DNA from: Gemmatimonadaceae bacterium
Lineage (GTDB): Bacteria; Gemmatimonadota; Gemmatimonadetes; Gemmatimonadales; Gemmatimonadaceae
DNA length: 64,000 bases
Direction: 5' to 3'
NCBI GenBank assembly: GCA_045803545.1
Contig: JBJMOW010000004.1
Location: 448,001-512,000 of the forward strand
Shown here: positions 19,415 to 28,729 of the stretch, piece after piece
Layout of the letters: every line of letters begins with the position of its first letter
How positions within the stretch are numbered: the stretch's first letter is position 1
Program-made: the position numbers and the translations under genes
The notes under the pieces: model-generated
The model's input: only the letters and a program-made list of their open reading frames with translations
Database searches by the model: none
Told to the model about the DNA's origin: nothing

Positions 19415-20421
19415 CGCACTCGCCTTTGCTGACTCCCGATCTGGCAGCCAAGTTCGCGCGATTGGCTCTGTCGCACGTGACACGTGAGTATCCCAATATT
19501 CTCGATCACGTCCTCAACAACTCAGACGACGTCAAATCGCCGCGAGAGCTTCATCCAGTTTTCTTCGGCAGTTTCGATTGGCACTCCTGCGTACACGGCT
19601 ATTGGCTGCTTGCGACTGTCGAGCGCCTCTTTCCAGCGCTCGAGGTCACCGGAGAGATCAGGCAGCTGTTCGACGCTCAGCTGACGTCGGCGAAAGTGCA
19701 GGCGGAGGTCGAGTACCTGGCGCAGCCGTTGCGCGCAACATTTGAGCGGCCGTATGGCTGGGGGTGGCTGCTGATGCTATCTGCGGAGCTAAACCGCGGG
19801 AGTGTTGAGCGGCAAACATGGCGTGATGCGCTGAGCCCGTTGGCCACAGCGTTCGCCGAGCGATTCAAAAGCTTTTTGCCCAAAGCAACTTACCCGACGC
19901 GGGTTGGTACCCACTTCAACAGCGCGTTCGCCATCGCGCTCGCGCTCGAGTACGCTGACGAGTTCTCCGACACCGGACTCGAGTCCCTGCTGCGCATGAC
20001 AAGCAGTCGCTGGTTTGAAAACGACGCTGACGTTCAGGCATGGGAGCCGAGCGGGGAGGATTTTCTCTCACCGTCGTTGATGGAGGCGGAGTGCATGCGA
20101 CGTGCGGTGGGCTCCTCGGAATTCTCGAACTGGCTCGATCGGTTCTTTCCCCGGCTGGAGAGCCGTGAGCCCGTGGCACTGTTCACTCCTGCGATCGTCA
20201 GTGATCGCAGCGATGGCAGAATTGCCCACCTCGATGGCCTGAATCTGAGTCGCGCCTGGTGTTGGCGTTCTCTGTCCCGGACGTGGCCAGCCGGCGACGT
20301 TCGCCAGACTATCGCGCTCGAAGCTGCGGACCAGCACCTCGGTGCCAGCATGCCACACGTCGCTGGTGACTACATGGGCGAGCACTGGCTGGCAACGTTC
20401 GCCCTGCTGGCTTTGTTATGA
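19411..20421 (+). CDS. DUF2891 domain protein
   Basis: REYPN, LHPVFFGSFDWHSCVHGYW, FERPYGWGW, HLDGLNLSRAW, YMGEHWLATFA. Confidence 0.9.
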   Translation: MTHSPLLTPDLAAKFARLALSHVTREYPNILDHVLNNSDDVKSPRELHPVFFGSFDWHSCVHGYWLLATVERLFPALEVTGEIRQLFDAQLTSAKVQAEVEYLAQPLRATFERPYGWGWLLMLSAELNRGSVERQTWRDALSPLATAFAERFKSFLPKATYPTRVGTHFNSAFAIALALEYADEFSDTGLESLLRMTSSRWFENDADVQAWEPSGEDFLSPSLMEAECMRRAVGSSEFSNWLDRFFPRLESREPVALFTPAIVSDRSDGRIAHLDGLNLSRAWCWRSLSRTWPAGDVRQTIALEAADQHLGASMPHVAGDYMGEHWLATFALLALL

Positions 20422-20891
20422 CACGGACAAGACGGGCGGCTGTAGTCGTTCTGTTCGTATCGATCGCCGCAATCGCGATCGCGTACGGCGCCGCTTTAGC
20501 GACGAGAGGGACATCGACCCTGGCGCCCTGGATTGCGGCGATCGCTGTGCCGATATCCCTCACCGCAATCATGATTCTCGGCGCGGTCCGCGGCGACAAG
20601 GGAATCGGAAGGCTCGGAATCCCCTTTGGCTTCGTCGCATTGATATTGATTGTGGGGTTTCTCGCAGCGCTAATTCTCCCCGCGACGGAGAGCTCGACGA
20701 GCAGTTTGTGGCTCGGGCTTCCCATGCGAGCGGCGATTGTGATTTATGGAATTGGCGTGTTGCCGATCATCGTGCTGCCGGTGGCATACGCGCTGACCTT
20801 CGAGACCCAAACGCTCAGTGCTCAAGACGTAGAGCGCGTCCGAGAGCTGGGGCGATCCAACGCGCGTAATCAGGCACAGGCGGACACGTGA
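20418..20891 (+). CDS. Four-TM membrane protein, probable accessory subunit of the SSS transporter
   Basis: Four hydrophobic segments, WLGLP motif; stop/start overlaps on both sides. Confidence 0.65.
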   Translation: MTRTRRAAVVVLFVSIAAIAIAYGAALATRGTSTLAPWIAAIAVPISLTAIMILGAVRGDKGIGRLGIPFGFVALILIVGFLAALILPATESSTSSLWLGLPMRAAIVIYGIGVLPIIVLPVAYALTFETQTLSAQDVERVRELGRSNARNQAQADT

Positions 20892-22402
20892 CAGAACGCG
20901 TTTTCGCTTTGATGCAGACGGCTTTGCCAAGCGTGGCGCAGCCGGCAGTGATCACGGTCGGCCTCTTGTATTTCGCGGTCATCGTCGGGATCAGCGTCTG
21001 GGCGGCGCGCCGGACACGGACGGCGAACGACTTCTTCGTCGCCGGGAAAGGCATCGGTCTCGTCGCGCTGACGGTGGCTTCGGTTTCCGTCTCAGTGTCG
21101 GGATTCGCGTTCATCGGCGGTCCGGGATTCGTGTATACGGCCGGGCTGGGCGCGGTCTACATCGTACTGCCAGCGGCGGTGACCAACGTGATGGGCGCGT
21201 GGGTTCTGGCCAAGCGAATGCGATTACTCGGTGAGGCACGCGGGCTGATCACGATTCCCGACGCGATAGGTGCGCGCTACGACTCACGTGCAGCCCAGGG
21301 CGTATCTGCGATCGCCATTCTCATCGGAATTATCGGCTACATGGCGACCAATGCGCTGGCGATGGGCGTTGTCATCAACGCCATCTTCGGGGTTGGACTT
21401 GGCTGGGGAATCTGGATTGGGATGGGCGTGACGCTCGCCTACTCGGCGTCGGGAGGAATTCTCGCGGGCATTTACAACGACGTGTTCCAGGGGACGCTGA
21501 TGGGCATCGCGTCGGTGCTGGTCTTCGTGTTTGTGCTGAAGCTCGCGGGCGGGCTCGGGGCAATCAGTCAAACGATCCTCCAGCACGATCCCTTGTTTCT
21601 ATCACCCTGGGGAAAACTCACGCCACTGGCCGCATTGTCGTTCTTCTTCGTTTTCTCGATGGGATCGCTTGGCCAGCCACAGGCTGTTCACAAGTACTAC
21701 ATGCTGCGGGATCCGCTGCAGTTGAAGTGGTATCCGCTGTTGAAGACACTCGGACTCGTGCTCGTGCTTCTCCTGTACTTCGGCGTCGGAGTCGGTGTGA
21801 AGGCATTTGTAACGACCGGAAGATTGGCGCCGCTGGCCAGCCCCGACCAGGCGACGCCGGCTCTTTTGCTGACTGCAACGCCGATCGTGCTGGCCGCACT
21901 CGTATTCTCGGGAGTCGCGGCCGCGACGATGAGCGCGGCCAATTCTTTTATCAACATCGGGGCGGCGATAGTCACACACGATCTTCCGATTGCGCTCGGC
22001 CGCCGCGTGAAGAATGAGCTGCGGTGGGGAAGAACGGTGACAATTCTGATCGCTGTCGCTGCTGCAATAACGGCGCAGCAATCTGGCGCGATGGTCGCAT
22101 TCCTCGGAATCTTCGGCTGGGGATTATTCGCATCGACGCTCGTGCCGGCCCTCGCGGTTGGATTGAACTGGCAAGGCGCTACGACAGCGGGCGCAATTTC
22201 CTCGATCCTGACCGGACTGATCATCACGCTAGCGCTCGAGACAGCGTCGTATCTCAAGCTGTTCAAGTTCCCGGCGGGTGTCACCGCATCCGCTGTCGCG
22301 ATGGTCGCGTCGCTTTTGGTGTTCTTCGCGGTATCGTGGCTAACGAGTCGCGGTCGAGATCAGGCGATCGCCGAGGACGTGAAGCTCGTAATGGAGCTCT
22401 GA
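20888..22402 (+). CDS. Sodium:solute symporter (PutP-like)
   Basis: DFFVAG, SGFAFIGGPG, TIPDAIGARY, GQPQ, AATMSAANS; many TM segments. Confidence 0.9.
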   Translation: MTERVFALMQTALPSVAQPAVITVGLLYFAVIVGISVWAARRTRTANDFFVAGKGIGLVALTVASVSVSVSGFAFIGGPGFVYTAGLGAVYIVLPAAVTNVMGAWVLAKRMRLLGEARGLITIPDAIGARYDSRAAQGVSAIAILIGIIGYMATNALAMGVVINAIFGVGLGWGIWIGMGVTLAYSASGGILAGIYNDVFQGTLMGIASVLVFVFVLKLAGGLGAISQTILQHDPLFLSPWGKLTPLAALSFFFVFSMGSLGQPQAVHKYYMLRDPLQLKWYPLLKTLGLVLVLLLYFGVGVGVKAFVTTGRLAPLASPDQATPALLLTATPIVLAALVFSGVAAATMSAANSFINIGAAIVTHDLPIALGRRVKNELRWGRTVTILIAVAAAITAQQSGAMVAFLGIFGWGLFASTLVPALAVGLNWQGATTAGAISSILTGLIITLALETASYLKLFKFPAGVTASAVAMVASLLVFFAVSWLTSRGRDQAIAEDVKLVMEL

Positions 22403-23800
22403 CTACTCGGTCGCGGCTTTTTTCTCGGCTTTGGGCGCCATCACTCGCACGCTCTTGATGTTGACGAACTCGCGAATGCCAAACTCGCCGAGCTCGCGAC
22501 CGAATCCGGAATTCTTGACACCGCCAAACGGCAATCGTGCATCGGAGACGACCATGCCGTTGATGAAGACCAGTCCCGCCTGAATCTCCGCGACGCAGCG
22601 ATCCTGTTCCGCGCGATCGCGAGTCCAGGCTGAGGCACCGAGTCCGAAGCTGGTGCCATTGGCGATGCGAATAGCGTCGTTGACGTCTTTCGCTTTGAAA
22701 ACGGATGCAACAGGTCCGAATAGCTCATCACTCGCAGCAGGTGCCGACGGTGGGATGTCCGCGAGCACGGTCGGTTCATAGTAGTAGCCTTCACGATCGA
22801 TCTTCTTGCCGCCTGTTAGCAGATGAGCTCCTGCTTTCACAGAAGCCTGCACCTGCTGGTCGAGCTCATCGCGGATCGCGCCGGTTGCAAGCGGACCAAG
22901 CTCAGTGCTCTCGTCGAGCGGATCTCCAACGCGAACTTTGGAGACGTGCTTTACGAACTCAGCGACGAAGCGGTCGTAGATCTGCTGATGGATGATGAAT
23001 CGCTTCGCTGCGATGCACGACTGGCCGTTGTTGATCATGCGCGCAGTCACCGCCGTCGAAACGGCGGCATCGAAATCAGCACTCGGCATGACGATGAACG
23101 GATCGCTGCCGCCAAGCTCGACGACTGATTTCTTGAGATTCTTACCAGCTGCGCCGGCGACGGCGCGACCAGCGCCTTCGCTGCCGGTCAATGTAACGGC
23201 GGCGATGCGCGGATCACCGATGATCGCTTCAATCGCTTCGGTTCCAATCAAAAGCGTCTGAAACGTCCCTTCGTCAAAGCCAGCGCGACGAAACAGATCT
23301 TCGATTGCCAATGCGCACTGAGGGACATTCGACGCGTGCTTCAGCAAACCAGCATTGCCGGCCATCACCGCCGGCGCCGCGAAGCGGAATACCTGCCAAA
23401 ACGGGAAATTCCAGGGCATGATAGCGAGCACGGCACCGAGTGGCTGAAACGCGATCCAGCTCTGACCGCCTTCCATCGTAACCACTTCATCAGCCAGGAA
23501 TCGCTCCGCGTTGTCAGCGTAGTAGGTGCATGCAGTCGCGCACTTCTGAGCCTCGGCGATCGCCGCCTTGATCGGCTTTCCCATCTCGATAGTCATCAGG
23601 CGGCCGAGCTCCCGAGACTCCGTTTCGAGAAGTCCGGCGACCTTTCGCATTCTGGCCGCGCGATCAGCGAAGGGAGTAAGGCGGTTTTCCTCGTAGGCGT
23701 CGCGCGCGCGACTTAAAGCCTTGTCGACCTCAGCGCCGGAAAATGGCTCAAAGGTTTTGACTGTCTTCCCGGTGGCCGGATTGATTGTCGCGATGCCCAT
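22403..23800 (-). CDS. NAD(P)-dependent succinate-semialdehyde dehydrogenase (Sad/GabD-like)
   Basis: IMPWNFPFWQ, LTGSEGAG, ELGGSDP, NNGQSCIAAKRF, ELFGP, PFGGVKNSGFGREL. Confidence 0.92.
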   Translation of the reverse strand: MGIATINPATGKTVKTFEPFSGAEVDKALSRARDAYEENRLTPFADRAARMRKVAGLLETESRELGRLMTIEMGKPIKAAIAEAQKCATACTYYADNAERFLADEVVTMEGGQSWIAFQPLGAVLAIMPWNFPFWQVFRFAAPAVMAGNAGLLKHASNVPQCALAIEDLFRRAGFDEGTFQTLLIGTEAIEAIIGDPRIAAVTLTGSEGAGRAVAGAAGKNLKKSVVELGGSDPFIVMPSADFDAAVSTAVTARMINNGQSCIAAKRFIIHQQIYDRFVAEFVKHVSKVRVGDPLDESTELGPLATGAIRDELDQQVQASVKAGAHLLTGGKKIDREGYYYEPTVLADIPPSAPAASDELFGPVASVFKAKDVNDAIRIANGTSFGLGASAWTRDRAEQDRCVAEIQAGLVFINGMVVSDARLPFGGVKNSGFGRELGEFGIREFVNIKSVRVMAPKAEKKAATE

Positions 23801-23813
23801 ACTATAGAGAATA

Positions 23814-24122
23814 TCACCTGGCGTGTCGCAAATCCTTCTTCGCGACTTTCAACCTCGGCCGCTTCGGATCGCTGAGATCCATTTCCTGCCATCGGACCTC
23901 GAAGACGGAGTAGATTTTCCGCGTCTTGAGCGCGCGCTTGATCGGGCGCACCAACGTCCACGCGGAGAGCCGTTCGACCAAAGCCGAGGCACCAATCAGA
24001 TACGCTTCGATGCGGCAGGCATCCCCGTCTTCTTCAGCCCGAATCTCTTCGATGCGCCCGACCTTTTCTCCATTGGCGTCGTAGACTTTGGCACCAACCA
24101 GGAGCTCGATATTCGCGTCCAT
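23814..24122 (-). CDS. PRC-barrel-like protein
   Basis: LLVGAKVYDANGEKVGRIEEI PRC-barrel signature; TAATG coupling to upstream gene (ORF-track start is too far upstream). Confidence 0.75.
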   Translation of the reverse strand: MDANIELLVGAKVYDANGEKVGRIEEIRAEEDGDACRIEAYLIGASALVERLSAWTLVRPIKRALKTRKIYSVFEVRWQEMDLSDPKRPRLKVAKKDLRHAR

Positions 24123-24505
24123 TACTCTTCTTCCTCCGATCCACCGCCGGGAAGTCGCTCGATGATGTGACGCGCAATCCAGATCTCCCAATCGATCGCA
24201 CCGCTGTCCTTCGCCTCGATATCGACGTTGATCTCCTTGCCGACTGTCTTGACGCGTGACCAAGGAATCTTTGTGGGCTCTTTCTTCTTCGGCCCCCAGA
24301 GGTGCGACAGTTTCGTAGACAAGCTTCCCAGCGCTGGATGGATGCGTGCCCACAACGTTGGTCCGCCAATGAGGATATGGGTGATATGGGGCTGTGTGTT
24401 TTCTCCGAACTGGATTACCAGCCCGCTGGCCCGACCCATGTCGCACTCTTCGCGGTCCACCAGTTTCTTGTCGAGCACATCACGGATGAGATCCATGTCA
24501 GCCAC
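24122..24505 (-). CDS. PRC-barrel-like protein
   Basis: DVLDKKLVDREECDMGRASGL, KIPWSRV, WIARHIIERLPG. Confidence 0.7.
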   Translation of the reverse strand: MADMDLIRDVLDKKLVDREECDMGRASGLVIQFGENTQPHITHILIGGPTLWARIHPALGSLSTKLSHLWGPKKKEPTKIPWSRVKTVGKEINVDIEAKDSGAIDWEIWIARHIIERLPGGGSEEEE

Positions 24506-25712
24506 CGATTAGCTGTAGTGGAATGGAGATGATCGACAGCACGAATGAAATGAGAATCACGATTGCCACCACGGAATTGCTGACCCAGCCATTGCGATAC
24601 TTGCCGAGATAGATCGGGTCATTCATCAGGAACAGGAACGGGACGATTGCCAACGGAAGTGTCGCGCTGGTGAGCGCCATTGATAGCATCGTCACCTTGA
24701 TGGGATCGACGTGAAGCATCAGTGGAATCGCAGCGATCAGAATGATGATCGTGTACACGAAGGCGAAGCGCGCGTCTTTGGACGGATCTAGATCCTCACT
24801 CCAGTTCCAGCCGAATCCCTGGGCGAAGAAGTAGGCAATTGCCAGGGAGATCTCCAACGCCGCGCCGAAGCACGCGAAGAGCATGGAGAGAGCAAATAAG
24901 TAGAAACCCCACTTCGGAAAGACTGTCGTCATCATCAGCGCAGCCTGCGGGAAGGTGTCGACCTGGAGTCCCGCCGGACGAAGGGCCAGCGCGGCGACGA
25001 CCAGCACGGCCATCGAAAGAAACCCGCCAAACGTCATACCGAAGGTTGCAATGATGCGGTTCATGCCAATGTACGAGCGGTCCCAGTCGTCTTCGATCGC
25101 ACCCGAGGAGTAGAAGTACATCAGGTAGGGTGATATGGATGCGCCAAGAATGCTCACCGCTAGAAACCCGTATTTCGCCTTGTCGCTACCGGGCATGCTG
25201 GGCAACATGCCCGAGCCAACTTTCGACCAATCCGGGTTCAGCTTCCACGCAGCTATTGCGAATGAGATCGTGACGAGGCCGAGCAGAGATGCGCCGTTCT
25301 CGATCAAACTGAAGGTTCCCTTCCACATCAGGAGCCAAACCATCAGAGAAACGGGCAACGCCCACCACGGAAATCCAATCCCCGTCAGAATCTGCAGCGC
25401 GAAACCGATTCCGCCCAACTCGGCGACGAGAACCAGAAACGCAACGATCACGATTCCGATGAGAACGAAAAAGAAGAACGGGAAGCCGAAACGCTCACGC
25501 ATGGCGTCGACAATGGTGTGCTTGCTGACTGCCGACAGCCGTCCGGACATCTCAATCAGAAAAATCAGGCAGATAGTGCCGAGCAGAATCGCCCACAGCA
25601 GCTGGTATCCGAACGACGCGCCAGCCTGTGCCGCCGTCGTCACGGAGCCAATCTCCAGGAATCCGCCGACACTGGTGATTATGCCCAACGCGAGCTGAAG
25701 AATCTTTTTCAT
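24498..25712 (-). CDS. Nramp-family divalent cation transporter homolog (divergent motifs)
   Basis: About 11 TM; GGFLEIGSVTTAAQAGASFGYQLLW, EMSGRL, LGASISPY. Confidence 0.82.
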   Translation of the reverse strand: MKKILQLALGIITSVGGFLEIGSVTTAAQAGASFGYQLLWAILLGTICLIFLIEMSGRLSAVSKHTIVDAMRERFGFPFFFFVLIGIVIVAFLVLVAELGGIGFALQILTGIGFPWWALPVSLMVWLLMWKGTFSLIENGASLLGLVTISFAIAAWKLNPDWSKVGSGMLPSMPGSDKAKYGFLAVSILGASISPYLMYFYSSGAIEDDWDRSYIGMNRIIATFGMTFGGFLSMAVLVVAALALRPAGLQVDTFPQAALMMTTVFPKWGFYLFALSMLFACFGAALEISLAIAYFFAQGFGWNWSEDLDPSKDARFAFVYTIIILIAAIPLMLHVDPIKVTMLSMALTSATLPLAIVPFLFLMNDPIYLGKYRNGWVSNSVVAIVILISFVLSIISIPLQLIGG

Positions 25713-26122
25713 CGATCTTCTTTCGCTTCGATGCTGTCGGCGAGCTGCTTGACGGCCTTTTCGTCCGAGTGCAGCGAATCAAGGAGTGCGCGGAAGTCCG
25801 GCGAATTCTTTTGCTCGACCAGCTTCGCCATCAAGCCGATGTGTTCGGTACTGCGCGTTAGCGCGCTGTCGACTGACGCGCTGTCAATGCTGGCGGGGAG
25901 CGATTTGAAAAGACCGGTGCTGATATCGATTAGAGAAGCGTGGGAGAGCTCCAGGGTCTGCTTCGTGTATTGGTCGGGAGTGGTATGCCGGAGCCAGGCT
26001 TCACCGGTCAGGCCGGCGGTCCCGAGCCAGGAGATGATGGAGTCCATCTGCTCGGTCGCGGTCGGCGACTTGCACGCCACCGCAAAAAGGAGTGAAAGCA
26101 CCGCAAGCCGTTTGGCGGTCAT
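25709..26122 (-). CDS. Helical lipoprotein of unknown function
   Basis: Lipobox FAVAC; ATGA coupling to the Nramp gene. Confidence 0.7.
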   Translation of the reverse strand: MTAKRLAVLSLLFAVACKSPTATEQMDSIISWLGTAGLTGEAWLRHTTPDQYTKQTLELSHASLIDISTGLFKSLPASIDSASVDSALTRSTEHIGLMAKLVEQKNSPDFRALLDSLHSDEKAVKQLADSIEAKEDR

Positions 26123-26142
26123 ACGATTTACATTGTTGTCCT

Positions 26143-27705
26143 ATGCTGAAAACAAAACTCGCGCTGCTCCTCCTTTCACTTTTCGTGCTCAGCGGTATCG
26201 ACACCGCCTGCGGCCAATCACAAGCCGGCTCGGGGCAAGCTCTGACAGCCCCGCCGCCTGTTCGACGCGAATTCCGAGGTGTTTGGGTCGCTTCCGTACA
26301 GAACATTGACTGGCCGTCGCAGCCGGGTCTATCGACACAGGAGCAGAAGGACGAGCTGCTGGGGATTCTGGATCGCGCGGCGTCGCTGCACCTGAATGCG
26401 GTGATTCTGCAGGTCCGTCCCGCCGCGGACGCGCTGTATGCGTCGCCGTACGAGCCGTGGTCGGAATATTTGTCGGGGCGAATGGGGCAGGCGCCGAATC
26501 CGTACTACGACCCGCTCGAGTTTGCGGTAAATGAGGCGCATAAGCGTGGTCTCGAGCTGCACGCCTGGTTCAATCCATATCGCGCGCATCATCCGTCGGG
26601 GAAGTCGCGTCCGTCGGCGAATCACATCAGCGTGACCCACCCCGAACTGGTCAAGAAGTATGGCAGCATGCTGTGGATGGATCCGGGAGAGCCGGAGGTA
26701 CAGGCGCAAACTGTTCGCGTAGTTCTCGACGTCGTTCAACGCTACGACATCGATGGTGTGCACATCGACGACTACTTCTATCCGTACAAGGAGAAGGATC
26801 GTCGTGGACGACTCATCGAATTTCCGGACGCCACCAGCTATCGAAAGTATCGGCGCTCGGGTGGCGACTTATCCAAGGATGATTGGCGTCGCGCCAACGT
26901 CGATAGTCTCATCCACGAAGTTTACACGCGTATAAAATCCGCCAAGCCGTGGGTCAAGTTCGGCATCAGTCCGTTCGGGTTGTGGCGCCCCGGCTATCCG
27001 CCACAGGCTGACGGGTTTGATTCGTACGCCGAGATCTACGGCGACTCCAGAAAGTGGCTGGTGAACGGGTGGGGCGATTACTTCACACCGCAGTTGTATT
27101 GGCCCATCGATCGCGCGGGTTTGAGCTATCCGATTCTGCTACAGTGGTGGGTTTCACAAAATGCGAAGGGCCGCCACATCTGGCCGGGCAATTACCTGGA
27201 CAAAGTGAACGGAACGCCGACTGGTTGGCCGGCGACTGAACTGCTCGATCAGATTGCAGACACTCGCCAGCAACAGGGCGCGACTGGCAACGTTTATTTC
27301 TCGGTGCGCTCGTTCATGTTTCCGAGTGATGGTATCACCGACAAGCTACTATCAGGCCCATACGCTGATCGCGCACTGGTGCCGGCGTCACCGTGGATCG
27401 ACAACGTTGCGCCTGCCGCGCCAATAGTACGCGTCGGACGTGATCCAACGACGGGCGCAAGCACGGTCTCAATCGATCCACAGGGAACGGAGGCGGCGTG
27501 GCAATGGTTGATCCAGACACGCTATGCCGACACGTGGCGCGTTGACGTGTACCCTGGAACGCAACGCTTCTTCATGATCCCGCGACCGGCACGCGGAATT
27601 CCGGCTGACGAGATCGCGGTGTCAGCGGTGGATCGGGTGGGGAATGAGAGTCAGGAAGTGCTTAAGAGCCTGATTGATTCTACTGCGATTCCGATCGCAA
27701 AATAA
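26143..27705 (+). CDS. Glycosyl hydrolase-like 10 (YddW/DigH family) secreted protein
   Basis: REFRGVWVA..NIDWPS, LELHAWFNPYRA, YDIDGVHIDDYFYPY, FGISPFG, DYFTPQLYW. Confidence 0.9.
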   Translation: MLKTKLALLLLSLFVLSGIDTACGQSQAGSGQALTAPPPVRREFRGVWVASVQNIDWPSQPGLSTQEQKDELLGILDRAASLHLNAVILQVRPAADALYASPYEPWSEYLSGRMGQAPNPYYDPLEFAVNEAHKRGLELHAWFNPYRAHHPSGKSRPSANHISVTHPELVKKYGSMLWMDPGEPEVQAQTVRVVLDVVQRYDIDGVHIDDYFYPYKEKDRRGRLIEFPDATSYRKYRRSGGDLSKDDWRRANVDSLIHEVYTRIKSAKPWVKFGISPFGLWRPGYPPQADGFDSYAEIYGDSRKWLVNGWGDYFTPQLYWPIDRAGLSYPILLQWWVSQNAKGRHIWPGNYLDKVNGTPTGWPATELLDQIADTRQQQGATGNVYFSVRSFMFPSDGITDKLLSGPYADRALVPASPWIDNVAPAAPIVRVGRDPTTGASTVSIDPQGTEAAWQWLIQTRYADTWRVDVYPGTQRFFMIPRPARGIPADEIAVSAVDRVGNESQEVLKSLIDSTAIPIAK

Positions 27706-27751
27706 ACCCGTGCTGGCGCTGGCCGAAGCGGCCAGCAGCCAGCAGCGGTTT
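27704..27751. terminator. Long hairpin between convergent genes (probable bidirectional terminator)
   Basis: TGCTGGC-GCTGGCCG-AAG-CGGCCAGC-A-GCCAGCA flanked by AAACC/GGTTT. Confidence 0.65.
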
Positions 27752-27762
27752 CGTCGAAACAA

Positions 27763-28620
27763 TTACTTGACGGTTATTTCCTTCACCATCCCGTGTGCGA
27801 GATGGGCTTTGCCGTCGTTTACATCGGGCAGGAAGCAGATCAAGCCGTATTTGCCGGGAGTGAAATTCGCCGTGAAGTACTCGGTCATTCCCGGCTCCAT
27901 TCCGGCGACGCCACCAATCGCCTTCCCTGGTGGTGGGCCATCAGGCTTGCCGATCCAATCAAGGAATTCCTTCACCGTCTTGCCCGCAGCGAGGTGAATC
28001 AACTGGACTTCGTGATGCTGCTTCCCGGAGTTACGTACTCGAATCGTGCGCGTTCCGGCACGGATCGGAACTGACAGCCTGAAATTGTAGTCGTAGAGAG
28101 TCATCGTGACGCTCGCCGTCGGCGCCGGACCGACTTTCTTCGACGGTACGACTCTTAGCGGTCGCACCATTCCCTTCGCGAAATGCGGCGGGCCACCGAT
28201 GTCGACGAAGCAGATCAGCGCGTAGTTGCCGGGAGCCAGATTCAAGATGACGTTCGCTTCGTCACCGGGCGCCGGCGCGTTCGCTCCGCCATACTCCTTG
28301 ACCCACGATGGCGGCGGGCCAGGATTGGCTAGCGCTGCGCGCAGATCATCGATCGTCTTGCCTCCGTTGAGTTTCAGAATTGCGAGATGGTGTAGCGACG
28401 GTCCCTTGTTCGTGAATATGAACTCCGTCATTCCGGCCGGGATGACATCGGGCGCATCGAATTTGAAATCTTCGCCGGCCACCCGAACAACATTCGGCCT
28501 GGCAGCTGCCGCCGCGTACACGCCAATCGCTGGCTCTCTAGCCGACCTGGTGCTTGTTGCAAGGTTTGCTGCCGCAACTGAGGCCGCTACCAGACCCAGC
28601 ACGGTCATTACTGACGCCAT
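27763..28620 (-). CDS. Secreted protein with two cupredoxin-like domains
   Basis: Signal peptide; two repeats of N.G..H...PG.Y.LICF...H..GM (type-1 copper ligands); SD AGGAGG. Confidence 0.72.
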   Translation of the reverse strand: MASVMTVLGLVAASVAAANLATSTRSAREPAIGVYAAAAARPNVVRVAGEDFKFDAPDVIPAGMTEFIFTNKGPSLHHLAILKLNGGKTIDDLRAALANPGPPPSWVKEYGGANAPAPGDEANVILNLAPGNYALICFVDIGGPPHFAKGMVRPLRVVPSKKVGPAPTASVTMTLYDYNFRLSVPIRAGTRTIRVRNSGKQHHEVQLIHLAAGKTVKEFLDWIGKPDGPPPGKAIGGVAGMEPGMTEYFTANFTPGKYGLICFLPDVNDGKAHLAHGMVKEITVK

Positions 28621-28661
28621 GAAGTGCTTCCTCCTGAAAAGTCTGAACTAATAGGCGGGAG

Positions 28662-28690
28662 ATTTTGCAGCGGACCACCTGGAGTGTCAA
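28662..28690 (-). promoter_or_regulatory. Sigma70-type promoter of the cupredoxin gene
   Basis: Minus-strand TTGACA (28685-28690), 17 nt, CAAAAT (28662-28667). Confidence 0.55.
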
Positions 28691-28729
28691 CGCCTTCTCA
28701 CCTGCTTGGCGTCCGAAGCGGGGCGGATC

